Origin: Patescibacteria group bacterium
GTDB lineage: Bacteria; Patescibacteriota; Patescibacteriia; Magasanikbacterales; GWA2-37-8
DNA length: 64,000 nt
NCBI GenBank assembly: GCA_022710645.1
Contig: JAKLGL010000001.1
Span: 167,426 to 231,425 of the forward strand
Reading direction: 5' to 3'
A program made the translations under genes and the position numbers. The notes beneath the pieces are model-generated. The model was given only the letters and a program-made list of their open reading frames with translations, was not told the DNA's origin and searched no databases. Every line of letters begins with the position of its first letter. Position 1 is the stretch's first letter. This document shows positions 28,997-37,332 of the stretch, in pieces.

Positions 28997-29824
28997 GTGA
29001 AAAAATACCTTTTGTTTTTATTATTCCTTCTCCCCTGCCCGGTTTTGGCAGTTGACGAACAAAAAGAAATCGTCAATTTAAACGTACCTTTTATCAGTGA
29101 AGCGCCAGAAAAAAAGTGGTCCGGTCCTTGGATAAATGCTTGTGAAGAAGCTAGCGTTGCAATGGTAGATAATTTTTATTTGGGAAAAAATAAAGTTGCA
29201 ATCAAAGAAGCATCCAATCTGATGAATCAACTTTTCGCTTGGCAAAATAAATTATTTAAAAGCAATGCGAATAGTAATGCAACTCGCACTCTCCAAATGA
29301 TAATTGCTAATAATATGACTTTTAAAGGCGAGATTATCCGCAATCCGACTCTTGATCAAATCAAAGACGAATTGCGCGCCGGACGACCAGTGATTTCTCT
29401 GCATTACGGATTTGATCTCAAAAATCCCGACTTGGTTTTCCGTCGCGACGGTTCGGCTTATCATATGTTTGTGATAAAAGGATTTGACGAAAACACAGAG
29501 GAATTTATCGTCCATGACAATGGCTCTCATAAGAACGGGGTTGACTTTCGCTACAAATATGATATTTTGATGTCCAGCTTGCGAGATTACAATCACAAAA
29601 CAAACAAAACCGAGAAACCCGGCACAGTGATATTTACCAAACAATATTTCACTGCCAAAGTAGCAGGTACGCCGGCCATATACCTCATTGAAGACGGAAT
29701 TAAAAAACCTTTTCCGCATAGCGGAATTTTCAAAGATATGGGGTGGAAATTTTCGCAAGTCCGCAAAGTTTCCAAAGAATTTTTGGAAAACTTACCAAAC
29801 GCCGAATTGGCGTATAAACAATAA
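28997..29824 (+). CDS. secreted C39-like (papain-fold) cysteine peptidase domain protein
   Basis: signal peptide MKKYLLFLLFLLPCPVLA; catalytic-type Cys in WINACEEASVAMV and His in AYHMFVIKGFD..FIVHDNG. Confidence 0.6.
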   Translation: MKKYLLFLLFLLPCPVLAVDEQKEIVNLNVPFISEAPEKKWSGPWINACEEASVAMVDNFYLGKNKVAIKEASNLMNQLFAWQNKLFKSNANSNATRTLQMIIANNMTFKGEIIRNPTLDQIKDELRAGRPVISLHYGFDLKNPDLVFRRDGSAYHMFVIKGFDENTEEFIVHDNGSHKNGVDFRYKYDILMSSLRDYNHKTNKTEKPGTVIFTKQYFTAKVAGTPAIYLIEDGIKKPFPHSGIFKDMGWKFSQVRKVSKEFLENLPNAELAYKQ

Positions 29825-29831
29825 AACATAT

Positions 29832-29902
29832 TCCGAGGTGGTCTAATGGTAGGACAGCAGACTCTGAATCTGCTTATCTTGGTTCGAGTCCAAGCCTCGG
29901 AA
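29832..29902 (+). tRNA. tRNA-Gln (anticodon CTG)
   Basis: TCCGAGGTGGTCTAATGGTAGGACAGCAGACTCTGAATCTGCTTATCTTGGTTCGAGTCCAAGCCTCGGAA cloverleaf; anticodon loop CTCTGAA. Confidence 0.75.
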
Positions 29903-30061
29903 CGAAGTGTAGAGGGAGCGACACAATAATTTGTGTCGCGTTTGGACGAGAACGCCGGAACGATGTTTTGCGAGTTTATTGACGAGCAAAACCGTGAGGC
30001 GGTGGCCAGACAAAATTTTCGGAAGAAAATTTTAGTCGCGGCCGATTCCAAGCCTCGGAAC
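29903..30061 (+). repeat. tRNA-Gln 3'-flank element: ~140-nt GC-rich structured core homologous to 11006-11160, then a 16-nt direct repeat of the tRNA-Gln 3' end
   Basis: ccgtgaggcggtggccagacaaaattttcggaagaaaattttagtcgcggccga is shared with the tRNA-Asp-linked copy; the repeat ttccaagcctcggaac at 30046-30061 matches the tRNA 3' end. Confidence 0.8.
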
Positions 30062-30114
30062 AAACTTATTTAAATCATAATCTTAATATAAACACACTAA
30101 TAATTAAAAATTAT

Positions 30115-30543
30115 ATGCAACTACAAATAAACGACAAAACTAAAAAATTTCTAAATGTGTTTTTATCTGTAATCACCATTTCAATGATTGTGTTTATTGG
30201 TATAGTAACAATACAACTATTGAATATTTATTTTCCAAATTTAAAATATTTAATTCTACAATCTTTTTTTCTATTATTAATTCTTATCTTTATTTATTTT
30301 TGGTTTAAATTATTAAAAAAGAATCCTGCAAAAACTTTAATATTTACAATTCTTTTTATTGTGGTTATTTTTTCAAGTTATATATTTTATATGTATAAGC
30401 AATATCCTGAATATTGCACAAGAAAATATTTTTGGACTAAACAAGACTGTCCTTCAGGATGCTCATTACAAATAGTTGGATTTACAGGAGAATCAAACGG
30501 ACTTCACGCAGAAATTGCCGAATGTTTACCGATTGATAAATAA
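30115..30543 (+). CDS. small membrane protein with a Cys-rich C-terminus, in a very AT-rich segment
   Basis: TM helices plus C..C..C..C C-terminal region; the local GC is much lower than in flanking genes. Confidence 0.5.
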   Translation: MQLQINDKTKKFLNVFLSVITISMIVFIGIVTIQLLNIYFPNLKYLILQSFFLLLILIFIYFWFKLLKKNPAKTLIFTILFIVVIFSSYIFYMYKQYPEYCTRKYFWTKQDCPSGCSLQIVGFTGESNGLHAEIAECLPIDK

Positions 30544-30640
30544 AAAGATTATTTAACTTTACTACTTAAAAATAAAAACCCAGACAAGTCAATGTTTGCG
30601 GTTTTTTATTTTCCCCTTTTTATGCTATAATACCGCCTGT

Positions 30641-31525
30641 ATGAATATCTATATTTTCTACGCTTTTATCGCCATGATCCTTTGGGGTATAAGCGACTTT
30701 TCCATGCAATATTTCGTCCGCAAAATCGGCCGTATCGCCACCCTGACTTGGGTCGGAATTTTTGGTACTGTGGTACTGTTCCCTTTTGTCAAAAATGACC
30801 TTGGAATTATTTTTAATATCAATAATTTTTATTTCCTTTTTTTCTTGACTTTATTACACATTCTTTCCGCTTTATTGCTTTTTTCCGCTTTCAAACACGG
30901 CAAGCTTTCAGTAGTAGAGACAGTGATGATAGCTGAACTGCCTTTAACTATATTTTGGGGAATATTATTTTTCAAAGAGACTTTAACCTTGGAACAAAGT
31001 TTGATAGTCGGAGCGCTTTTTGGCGGAATAATTTTAGCCACGTTGAAGAAAAGAGAAAGTAAATTGAAACAATTATTTTCTTCTTCTCATTGGATTGAAA
31101 AAGGCGTTTTCTTGGCCATGGGCGCGGTTATTGTGATTTCTCTTATCAATTATTTTACCGCTACCAATGCTCGTCTGACCACTCCATACTTAGCTATTTG
31201 GTTTCCTTGGTTTGTTTTTACCGTTTTTTCTCTGGCTTTTCTTTTGATGAAACGCGATATCAAAAGAACTTTTATCAATCTTCGCAAAAATTGGCTTTTC
31301 ATTTTATTCATGTGCTTGGCCAATTGTATTGCTTGGGTAACTTTTTCTATCGCCTCAACCAAAATAAATTTTTCTTTACTTTCGGCTATAACTCTTTGTT
31401 ATCCGATAATCGCTATTTTCTTGGGAGTAGTCGTTAACAAAGAAAAACTTTCCAAAATGCAATATGCCGGAGCTATTATCGCCTTATTTTGCAGTTTGCT
31501 TTTGGGAATTTACGCTTATCTATGA
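30641..31525 (+). CDS. EamA/DMT-family transporter
   Basis: 10-TM profile; ILWGISDF start of an EamA-like repeat; start taken at MNIYIFY. Confidence 0.7.
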   Translation: MNIYIFYAFIAMILWGISDFSMQYFVRKIGRIATLTWVGIFGTVVLFPFVKNDLGIIFNINNFYFLFFLTLLHILSALLLFSAFKHGKLSVVETVMIAELPLTIFWGILFFKETLTLEQSLIVGALFGGIILATLKKRESKLKQLFSSSHWIEKGVFLAMGAVIVISLINYFTATNARLTTPYLAIWFPWFVFTVFSLAFLLMKRDIKRTFINLRKNWLFILFMCLANCIAWVTFSIASTKINFSLLSAITLCYPIIAIFLGVVVNKEKLSKMQYAGAIIALFCSLLLGIYAYL

Positions 31526-32223
31526 AAATAGCCGTAGTTGTTCCAACTTATAACGAAGCAAAAAATATAGAAACTTTGATACAAAAAATCGCCGCTTTAA
31601 ATTTAACTGATTGGCGAATTTTTTTTGTCGACGACAATTCTCCGGATAAAACTTCTCAAATTATTCAAACTTTCATCAAGCAATATCCGATTACTCTGAT
31701 TCAAAGACCGCAAAAGCTCGGGCTGGGATCGGCCTATGTTGCGGGTTTTAAAGAAGCTTTAAAACAAAAAGCCGATTATATTTTTGAGATGGACGCTGAT
31801 CTTTCACATAATCCTCAAGATATTCCTTCTTTGTTACAGGCTTGTGAAGACGGTGCTGATTTGGCTATAGGCTCGCGAAAAATAAACGGTGGAAAAATCA
31901 TTGGTTGGAATTGGCGACGACATTTCATGAGCGACGGAGCGATGTTTTTTAGTCGGTTTATTTTAGGTTTGAAAACTCGCGATGTAACTTCCGGTTTTCG
32001 TTGCTACAGTAGAAAAGTTTTGGAATCAATAAATTTCGATAAAATTTCATCCGGAGGTTACGCTTTTCAAGAAGAAATGCTCTACTTGACGGAAAAAAAT
32101 AATTTCAAAATAACCGAAGTTCCAGTAATTTTTTCCGATCGCAAACTGGGAAAATCAAAATTATCCACCAAAGATATTTGGGAATTTTTTATTACTGTAT
32201 TCCGTCTAAAATTTAAAAAATAA
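31522..32223 (+). CDS. GT2 glycosyltransferase, polyprenol-phosphate mannose/glucose synthase-like (Dpm1-like)
   Basis: MKIAVVVPTYNEAKNI...FFVDDNSPD...EMDADLSH (DxD) ... GSRKINGG. Confidence 0.85.
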   Translation: MKIAVVVPTYNEAKNIETLIQKIAALNLTDWRIFFVDDNSPDKTSQIIQTFIKQYPITLIQRPQKLGLGSAYVAGFKEALKQKADYIFEMDADLSHNPQDIPSLLQACEDGADLAIGSRKINGGKIIGWNWRRHFMSDGAMFFSRFILGLKTRDVTSGFRCYSRKVLESINFDKISSGGYAFQEEMLYLTEKNNFKITEVPVIFSDRKLGKSKLSTKDIWEFFITVFRLKFKK

Positions 32224-32401
32224 ATATCCAAAAAACAAATTTCTTTAATCTTCGTAAATCGAAGATTTTTTTATTTTTATCCCCTTTTTAAAGATTGACG
32301 AAACTTTTAAAATAGTATAACCTGCTTTGGGGAGAAAATAGTTTTTTGACAATTTATCGGCGGGAAATATTCTGTAAACAACGTTTAAGGAGGCTATTAT
32401 T

Positions 32402-33697
32402 ATGAGTAACGAATCCGGAACCGTGGTAGTTGCTGGCATGCAGTATGGTGATGAGGCAAAAGGACGCCTCGTTCACGCGCTTGCTGACGATCCCAATGTA
32501 AGTATGATCGTTCGCTTTCAGGGAGGAGCGAACGCCGGACACACTATTTTTATGGGCGAAAAGAAAATCGTCTTGCACCTGGTCCCGTCCGGTATCCCTT
32601 ATCCGGACAAAATCTGTGTGATCGGTAACGGAATGGTTATCGATCCGGAACGGTTGATTAATGAAATTAAGGATTTGCAAAAAAACGACCTTCTGATTGA
32701 CAAAAAGCAGCTCCGAATTTCAAACCTCGCACACATTACCTTACCTTCTCACAGAGAAAGGGATGGAAAAAATGAGAAAGCGCTCGGCCAAAAGAAAATC
32801 GGTACCACTGGCAGAGGTATCGGTCCGACCTATGAAGACAAGATTGGGCGAAGAGGTTTGAGAATGCAGGATTTACTTTGTGACGCCAAAGAATTGCACA
32901 GCAAATTAGAGGGGTTGCCGGAATACTCTTGGCTTAACAGAAAGCAGACCGTGTCTGATCTTATGGAATACGGGAGAATCCTGAAGCCTTTTATTTGCGA
33001 CACCGGACACCTCATTAACTTGGCCATTCGTCAAAACAAAGGTATTGTTTTTGAAGGAGCACAAGGGGCACTTCTTGACATTGACCATGGCACTTATCCG
33101 TTCGTCACATCATCAAACACGACAGCCGGTGCAGCTTGCACAGGTTCAGGTATTGGTCCGACTGCTATTAAAAAGGTTCTCGGGGTTTGCAAAGCCTATA
33201 CCACTCGCGTTGGTTCCGGTCCTTTCCCGACAGAATTGTTCGATGATACCGGTTTATTTCTTCGTGAAAAAGGACTGGAAAAAGGCGCGACTACCGGTCG
33301 CGATCGCCGGTGTGGCTGGCTTGATTTGGTTGCTCTCAAATATGCAGTTAGAGTCAACGGGGTAACTAAATTGGCTATTACTAAACTGGATGTTCTTTCA
33401 GGATTAAAAAAAATCCAGGTATGTAAATCTTACAAAACACTTAAACAGACGAATGACGGAAAACACAAATTTCTTCAGATTCGCCCCGATGACCCCTTTA
33501 CTGAATTCGACACCAAAAAAGTCACACCGCATTATCAGGAATTTGAAGGATGGACTGAAAATTTGCGGCACATCCGTAAATTTGAAGATCTGCCCAAGGC
33601 AGCTCGAGAATACCTCGACTACATCGAAAAACATCTTGAGGTTCCGATAACCCTTGTTTCTGTAGGGCCGGAACAGAATGAATATTTTACTCGTTAA
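32402..33697 (+). CDS. purA: adenylosuccinate synthetase
   Basis: GMQYGDEAKGRLV, RFQGGANAGHT, GTTGRGIGPTYEDKIGRRGLR; AAGGAGG RBS; GC visibly higher than its neighbours. Confidence 0.95.
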   Translation: MSNESGTVVVAGMQYGDEAKGRLVHALADDPNVSMIVRFQGGANAGHTIFMGEKKIVLHLVPSGIPYPDKICVIGNGMVIDPERLINEIKDLQKNDLLIDKKQLRISNLAHITLPSHRERDGKNEKALGQKKIGTTGRGIGPTYEDKIGRRGLRMQDLLCDAKELHSKLEGLPEYSWLNRKQTVSDLMEYGRILKPFICDTGHLINLAIRQNKGIVFEGAQGALLDIDHGTYPFVTSSNTTAGAACTGSGIGPTAIKKVLGVCKAYTTRVGSGPFPTELFDDTGLFLREKGLEKGATTGRDRRCGWLDLVALKYAVRVNGVTKLAITKLDVLSGLKKIQVCKSYKTLKQTNDGKHKFLQIRPDDPFTEFDTKKVTPHYQEFEGWTENLRHIRKFEDLPKAAREYLDYIEKHLEVPITLVSVGPEQNEYFTR

Positions 33698-33699
33698 TT

Positions 33700-33741
33700 G
33701 TTCTTTATTAAAACTCAAGACCCGGTTCGTCCGGGTCTTTT
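33700..33741. terminator. bidirectional terminator hairpin (aagacccggttcgtccgggtctt plus T-runs)
   Basis: GC stem flanked by A/T tracts between convergent purA and dus. Confidence 0.65.
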
Positions 33742-34716
33742 TTAATTTTTATTTTTTAAATAATCTTTCAAAATTTTTTCTAATTCTTTATATTCTTTTA
33801 TTTGCATCAATTGAACGCGAAACTCTTTCATATTTGGCACACCTTTAAAATAAAATGCTAGATGTTTGCGGAAAGTTACCAGACTCCCCTTACTATAATA
33901 TTTCTCATGAAATTTCGCATGTTCCAATACAATCTTACACACATCTTGTAATCTTGTAATTTTGTAATTTTGTAATTTTGCAATCTCTTTAAAAATCCAT
34001 GGTTTTCCAAGCGCGCCTCGACCGATCATTATTCCATCAGCTTTTGTGATTTCTAAACATTTCTTTGCGCTCGCAACATCAACAATATCTCCGTTGGCAA
34101 TAACCGGTATTTTTAATATTTTTTTTACTTTTGCAATAGTTTCCCGGTCCGCGATTCCCGAATAACCTTGGGCTTTTGTACGCCCGTGAAGAGTTATTAA
34201 ATCGGCTCCGGCTTTTTCCAAAACTACGGCAAATTTCAATATTTCATCTTTACTTACCCACCCTAATCTGGTCTTCACCGAGACTGGTAAATTTACGGCT
34301 TTTTTGACACTTTTAACTATTTCCGAGGCTAACTTCGGATTTTTCATCAAAGCCACTCCAGCAGCCATTTTTTGCGCAATTTTAGGCACTGGACAGCCCA
34401 TATTAATATCAATTCCGTCCGGTTTAAACTTCTCCTCCACCAATTTGGCAGCTTTGGCCATCACACCGGGTTTATCTCCAAAAATTTGTATAACCAGAGG
34501 TCTTTCTTTAACGGTAAATTCGCTCATTTTAAGAGTCTTTTCATTTCCTCTAACCAGAGCCTCGCTACTTACCATTTCTTTAAAAATTACAAAATCTTTA
34601 CCTGAATATTTACGACAAATACGCCCAAAAGGACCATCAGTGTAATCGGCCATGGGCGCTAAAATCAATATTGGTTTTTTTGTTTCAAACCACTTTTTCA
34701 TATAATTAAAAGCCAA
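33742..34716 (-). CDS. dus: tRNA-dihydrouridine synthase
   Basis: PILILAPMADYTDGPFGRI, DGIDINMGCPVPKIAQKMAAGVALM, VSVKTRLGW. Confidence 0.9.
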   Translation of the reverse strand: MAFNYMKKWFETKKPILILAPMADYTDGPFGRICRKYSGKDFVIFKEMVSSEALVRGNEKTLKMSEFTVKERPLVIQIFGDKPGVMAKAAKLVEEKFKPDGIDINMGCPVPKIAQKMAAGVALMKNPKLASEIVKSVKKAVNLPVSVKTRLGWVSKDEILKFAVVLEKAGADLITLHGRTKAQGYSGIADRETIAKVKKILKIPVIANGDIVDVASAKKCLEITKADGIMIGRGALGKPWIFKEIAKLQNYKITRLQDVCKIVLEHAKFHEKYYSKGSLVTFRKHLAFYFKGVPNMKEFRVQLMQIKEYKELEKILKDYLKNKN

Positions 34717-34752
34717 CCGATTTTAACACAGTTGGCTTTATAAAATCAAATT

Positions 34753-36099
34753 TTAAGCGTAAGGCAATTCTTCCGGTTCAGGAGGTTTTTCTTGTTTTTG
34801 TTCTTCTTTATATTTCAATCCTCCTTCAAAAACCTCTACTGGTAAATTGGTCGGCGGTTCACTGCGTTTTCCGCCGGCTTTTTGGATAAGCGGGGCTTTT
34901 ACCGTCGGCATCGGGAAATGCCACAAAGTCGCCAACTCTTCTATATTCAACATATATGGATCGCTTTTTAATTTCATTTTTCTTTTTTTGTAGGCTGAAA
35001 CCGCATCATTTCCCCCGATAGATGAAGCCTTGAAACCGTTTTGGTTGGCAATATAAAACTGATTGATAGAACCTATAAAACCATTGATACATTTTTTGGG
35101 ATTGAACACTTCTTTGCGAGCGCTATAGAGTAAACGCAAACGAGATTTAAAACCAAGTTTAGAAATTTTATTTTCAATTCCGGAAATGGCATTTTTGACA
35201 CCCGGCGCCACTTCTCCTTTACTCTCTTCTTTTTTCTTTTCACTGCCGCTAAAATCATGAGTCCAAATTTGCCAAATTAATTTTAAAATACCTTCAGTAA
35301 AATTAGCAACGTGTTGAGCGGCATTCGGTTTGGGCGGAGCCTTTTTACCGCTAGCCAAATTTTTTACCAAATCTATCCCCTTTTTCTTCCAACTATTGTC
35401 CGCCGGTTCTACTATGAGTTGCATCCATAAATTTTCACCAGCGCCGATACGCGTAAAATTTTCCAAAATTGCCGCCATCGGATCAATAAACGGCGCATCT
35501 TTGTATAAACTATGTTCAAACTCCGTATAAGTACGTATCGGATAAGAATCATCTTCCGCCATATCAAATTCCACACCCGCCACTTCATAACGATTATCCG
35601 GAAAATTATCCGGTAAATTCGTGATATAATCTTCAACTTCGGTTATTTCCGCTTCCGGGTATTGAGCATAGATAGCAGCTTCAACCAGATCTCGAAACTC
35701 ACTCGGCATTCTCACCAGAAATTGAATATACCCCTCCAAACTGATAATTTCTAAACTGAAATTTTTTTGCTTTTTACCTAACCAATATTTATCATAAAGG
35801 CCTATTTTGGAATATATACCGCTAAAATGTGTAAAAATTTGTTCCACTGCGCGAGGAGATTGGATAACTGCCGCCGGAATATCCACAGCCAAAACAGACC
35901 AAGAGCAAGTACTGTCAAATCTTTTTTGTTTCAAAGACAAAACTTCTCCCAAACCTTTATGAAAAAGGGGGGTTATCGGCAACCACCAAAGAAATACAAA
36001 AGCCAACCGCAATTGTTCGGTCAAACTCATTTCCATAAATGTCTGCCAAAAACCCAAACTTATGGAAAAATTCCACGGTGTTTCAATAACCGGAACCAT
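34753..36099 (-). CDS. membrane-anchored protein paralogous to the N-terminal domain of the 852-aa ATPase (no ATPase module)
   Basis: aligns with 24750-26070: IYAQYPEAEITEVEDY vs IHAQYPNAEISEEPDY; LWMQLIVEPADNSWKKKG vs ALIQYIVRPAASNWRKSG; WHFPMPTVKAP vs WHLPLPSTETP; ATG at 36099, or TTG at 36108. Confidence 0.7.
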   Translation of the reverse strand: MVPVIETPWNFSISLGFWQTFMEMSLTEQLRLAFVFLWWLPITPLFHKGLGEVLSLKQKRFDSTCSWSVLAVDIPAAVIQSPRAVEQIFTHFSGIYSKIGLYDKYWLGKKQKNFSLEIISLEGYIQFLVRMPSEFRDLVEAAIYAQYPEAEITEVEDYITNLPDNFPDNRYEVAGVEFDMAEDDSYPIRTYTEFEHSLYKDAPFIDPMAAILENFTRIGAGENLWMQLIVEPADNSWKKKGIDLVKNLASGKKAPPKPNAAQHVANFTEGILKLIWQIWTHDFSGSEKKKEESKGEVAPGVKNAISGIENKISKLGFKSRLRLLYSARKEVFNPKKCINGFIGSINQFYIANQNGFKASSIGGNDAVSAYKKRKMKLKSDPYMLNIEELATLWHFPMPTVKAPLIQKAGGKRSEPPTNLPVEVFEGGLKYKEEQKQEKPPEPEELPYA

Positions 36100-36100
36100 A

Positions 36101-36259
36101 TTAATCAATTAAACGATAAATCAAACCGTATACGATTATCACCGTAACCCCGGTCCACCACCATCCGGATAAACCTGAGAAGTATCCGGCAATGTAAGCC
36201 AAAAGGCAACATATTGTGGCTAAAAAAGAAACCAGGTGTTTTACCGTATTATCAGACAT
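36101..36259 (-). CDS. small hydrophobic protein (~51 aa), probably co-transcribed with 34753-36099
   Basis: MSDNTVKHLVSFLATICCLLAYIAGYFSGLSGWWWTGVTVIIVYGLIYRLID; its stop abuts the downstream start; not in the ORF track because shorter than 60 aa. Confidence 0.4.
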   Translation of the reverse strand: MSDNTVKHLVSFLATICCLLAYIAGYFSGLSGWWWTGVTVIIVYGLIYRLID

Positions 36260-36261
36260 AA

Positions 36262-36345
36262 AAATTAAGTCTTTAAAGTCTTTAAAGTCACAAAGTCTAT
36301 CAAGCCTCGTAGTCTTTACAGACTTTATGGACTTTTGACTTTTTT
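36262..36345. repeat. AAGTCTTTAAAGTC / AGACTTTATGGACTTTTGACTT intergenic repeat, homologous to 20611-20690
   Basis: about 80 nt similar to the region upstream of pilM. Confidence 0.7.
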
Positions 36346-36415
36346 ATTATATCACAACTTCTCTCTAAAATAAAATCCCGTCCGCCTTAGGCGGACGGGA
36401 TTATTTATTGGATAA

Positions 36416-37327
36416 TTAAAATATTTTTTTTGTTCTCTGCCATTGCTCCACAAGAGCCAAAAGTGGTGAAGCGATAAAAATAGAAGAATAAGCTCCGGAA
36501 GCTACTCCGATAAGCAAGGCCAAAACAAAATTATGTATGGTCGGACCGCCAAAGAAAAACAAAGCAAAAAGCGGTAACAAAGTTGTCAAAGTAGTATTAA
36601 TAGAACGAGCAAAAGTTTGATTTAAGCCATCATTTACCACTTCGGCAAAACTGCGATTACCACGATGAATAAGATTTTCTCTGATTCTGTCGTAAACCAC
36701 GATAGTATCGTTGATAGAATAACCCAAAACGGTTAGAAGCGCCACTACAAAAGCGACATCCACTTCCACCCCTTTGAAACGTCCAAGCACAGCAAAAACA
36801 CCCATTACCAAAAGCAAATCATGCAAAACAGCTACCAACGCCAAAGTGCCGTATTTCCAACTTTTTACCGGTTGAGAAACTTTACGGAAAGCATAAGCTA
36901 CATACAAAATAACACCCAAAGAAACAAACACTATCGCCCAAATCGCTCGTTCTCTCAATTGTTTACTAACAGAAGAACCGATGGTTTCAAAACGTTGTTC
37001 TATAAGATCATTATCTTTACTTAACTCTTGAATTTTTTTCAAAATTTGTTGATGTTTTTCTTCACTCAAAAAAGAAGCGCGAATAATCAAATTTTTATCC
37101 TCGGCTTTTTGAACTGAAGTATTGTTAATTCCTTCGTCCTCAAAAATTTTAACTATGGATTCCGGAGTCGGACGTTCTTGGTTGAATTCCACTTCCATCA
37201 AGGAGCCTCCAGTAAAATCAATACCTGGACGCAATCCCCAAATAAAAATGAAAGCCAAGGCAACTATTGATACAGTCAAACCAATACCGACCCAAAGTTT
37301 GGAATATTTAATAAATTGAATATTCAT
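36416..37327 (-). CDS. secF: protein translocase subunit SecF
   Basis: GIDFTGGSLMEVEF start of SecF, six-TM C-domain. Confidence 0.9.
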   Translation of the reverse strand: MNIQFIKYSKLWVGIGLTVSIVALAFIFIWGLRPGIDFTGGSLMEVEFNQERPTPESIVKIFEDEGINNTSVQKAEDKNLIIRASFLSEEKHQQILKKIQELSKDNDLIEQRFETIGSSVSKQLRERAIWAIVFVSLGVILYVAYAFRKVSQPVKSWKYGTLALVAVLHDLLLVMGVFAVLGRFKGVEVDVAFVVALLTVLGYSINDTIVVYDRIRENLIHRGNRSFAEVVNDGLNQTFARSINTTLTTLLPLFALFFFGGPTIHNFVLALLIGVASGAYSSIFIASPLLALVEQWQRTKKIF

Positions 37328-37332
37328 ACGAT

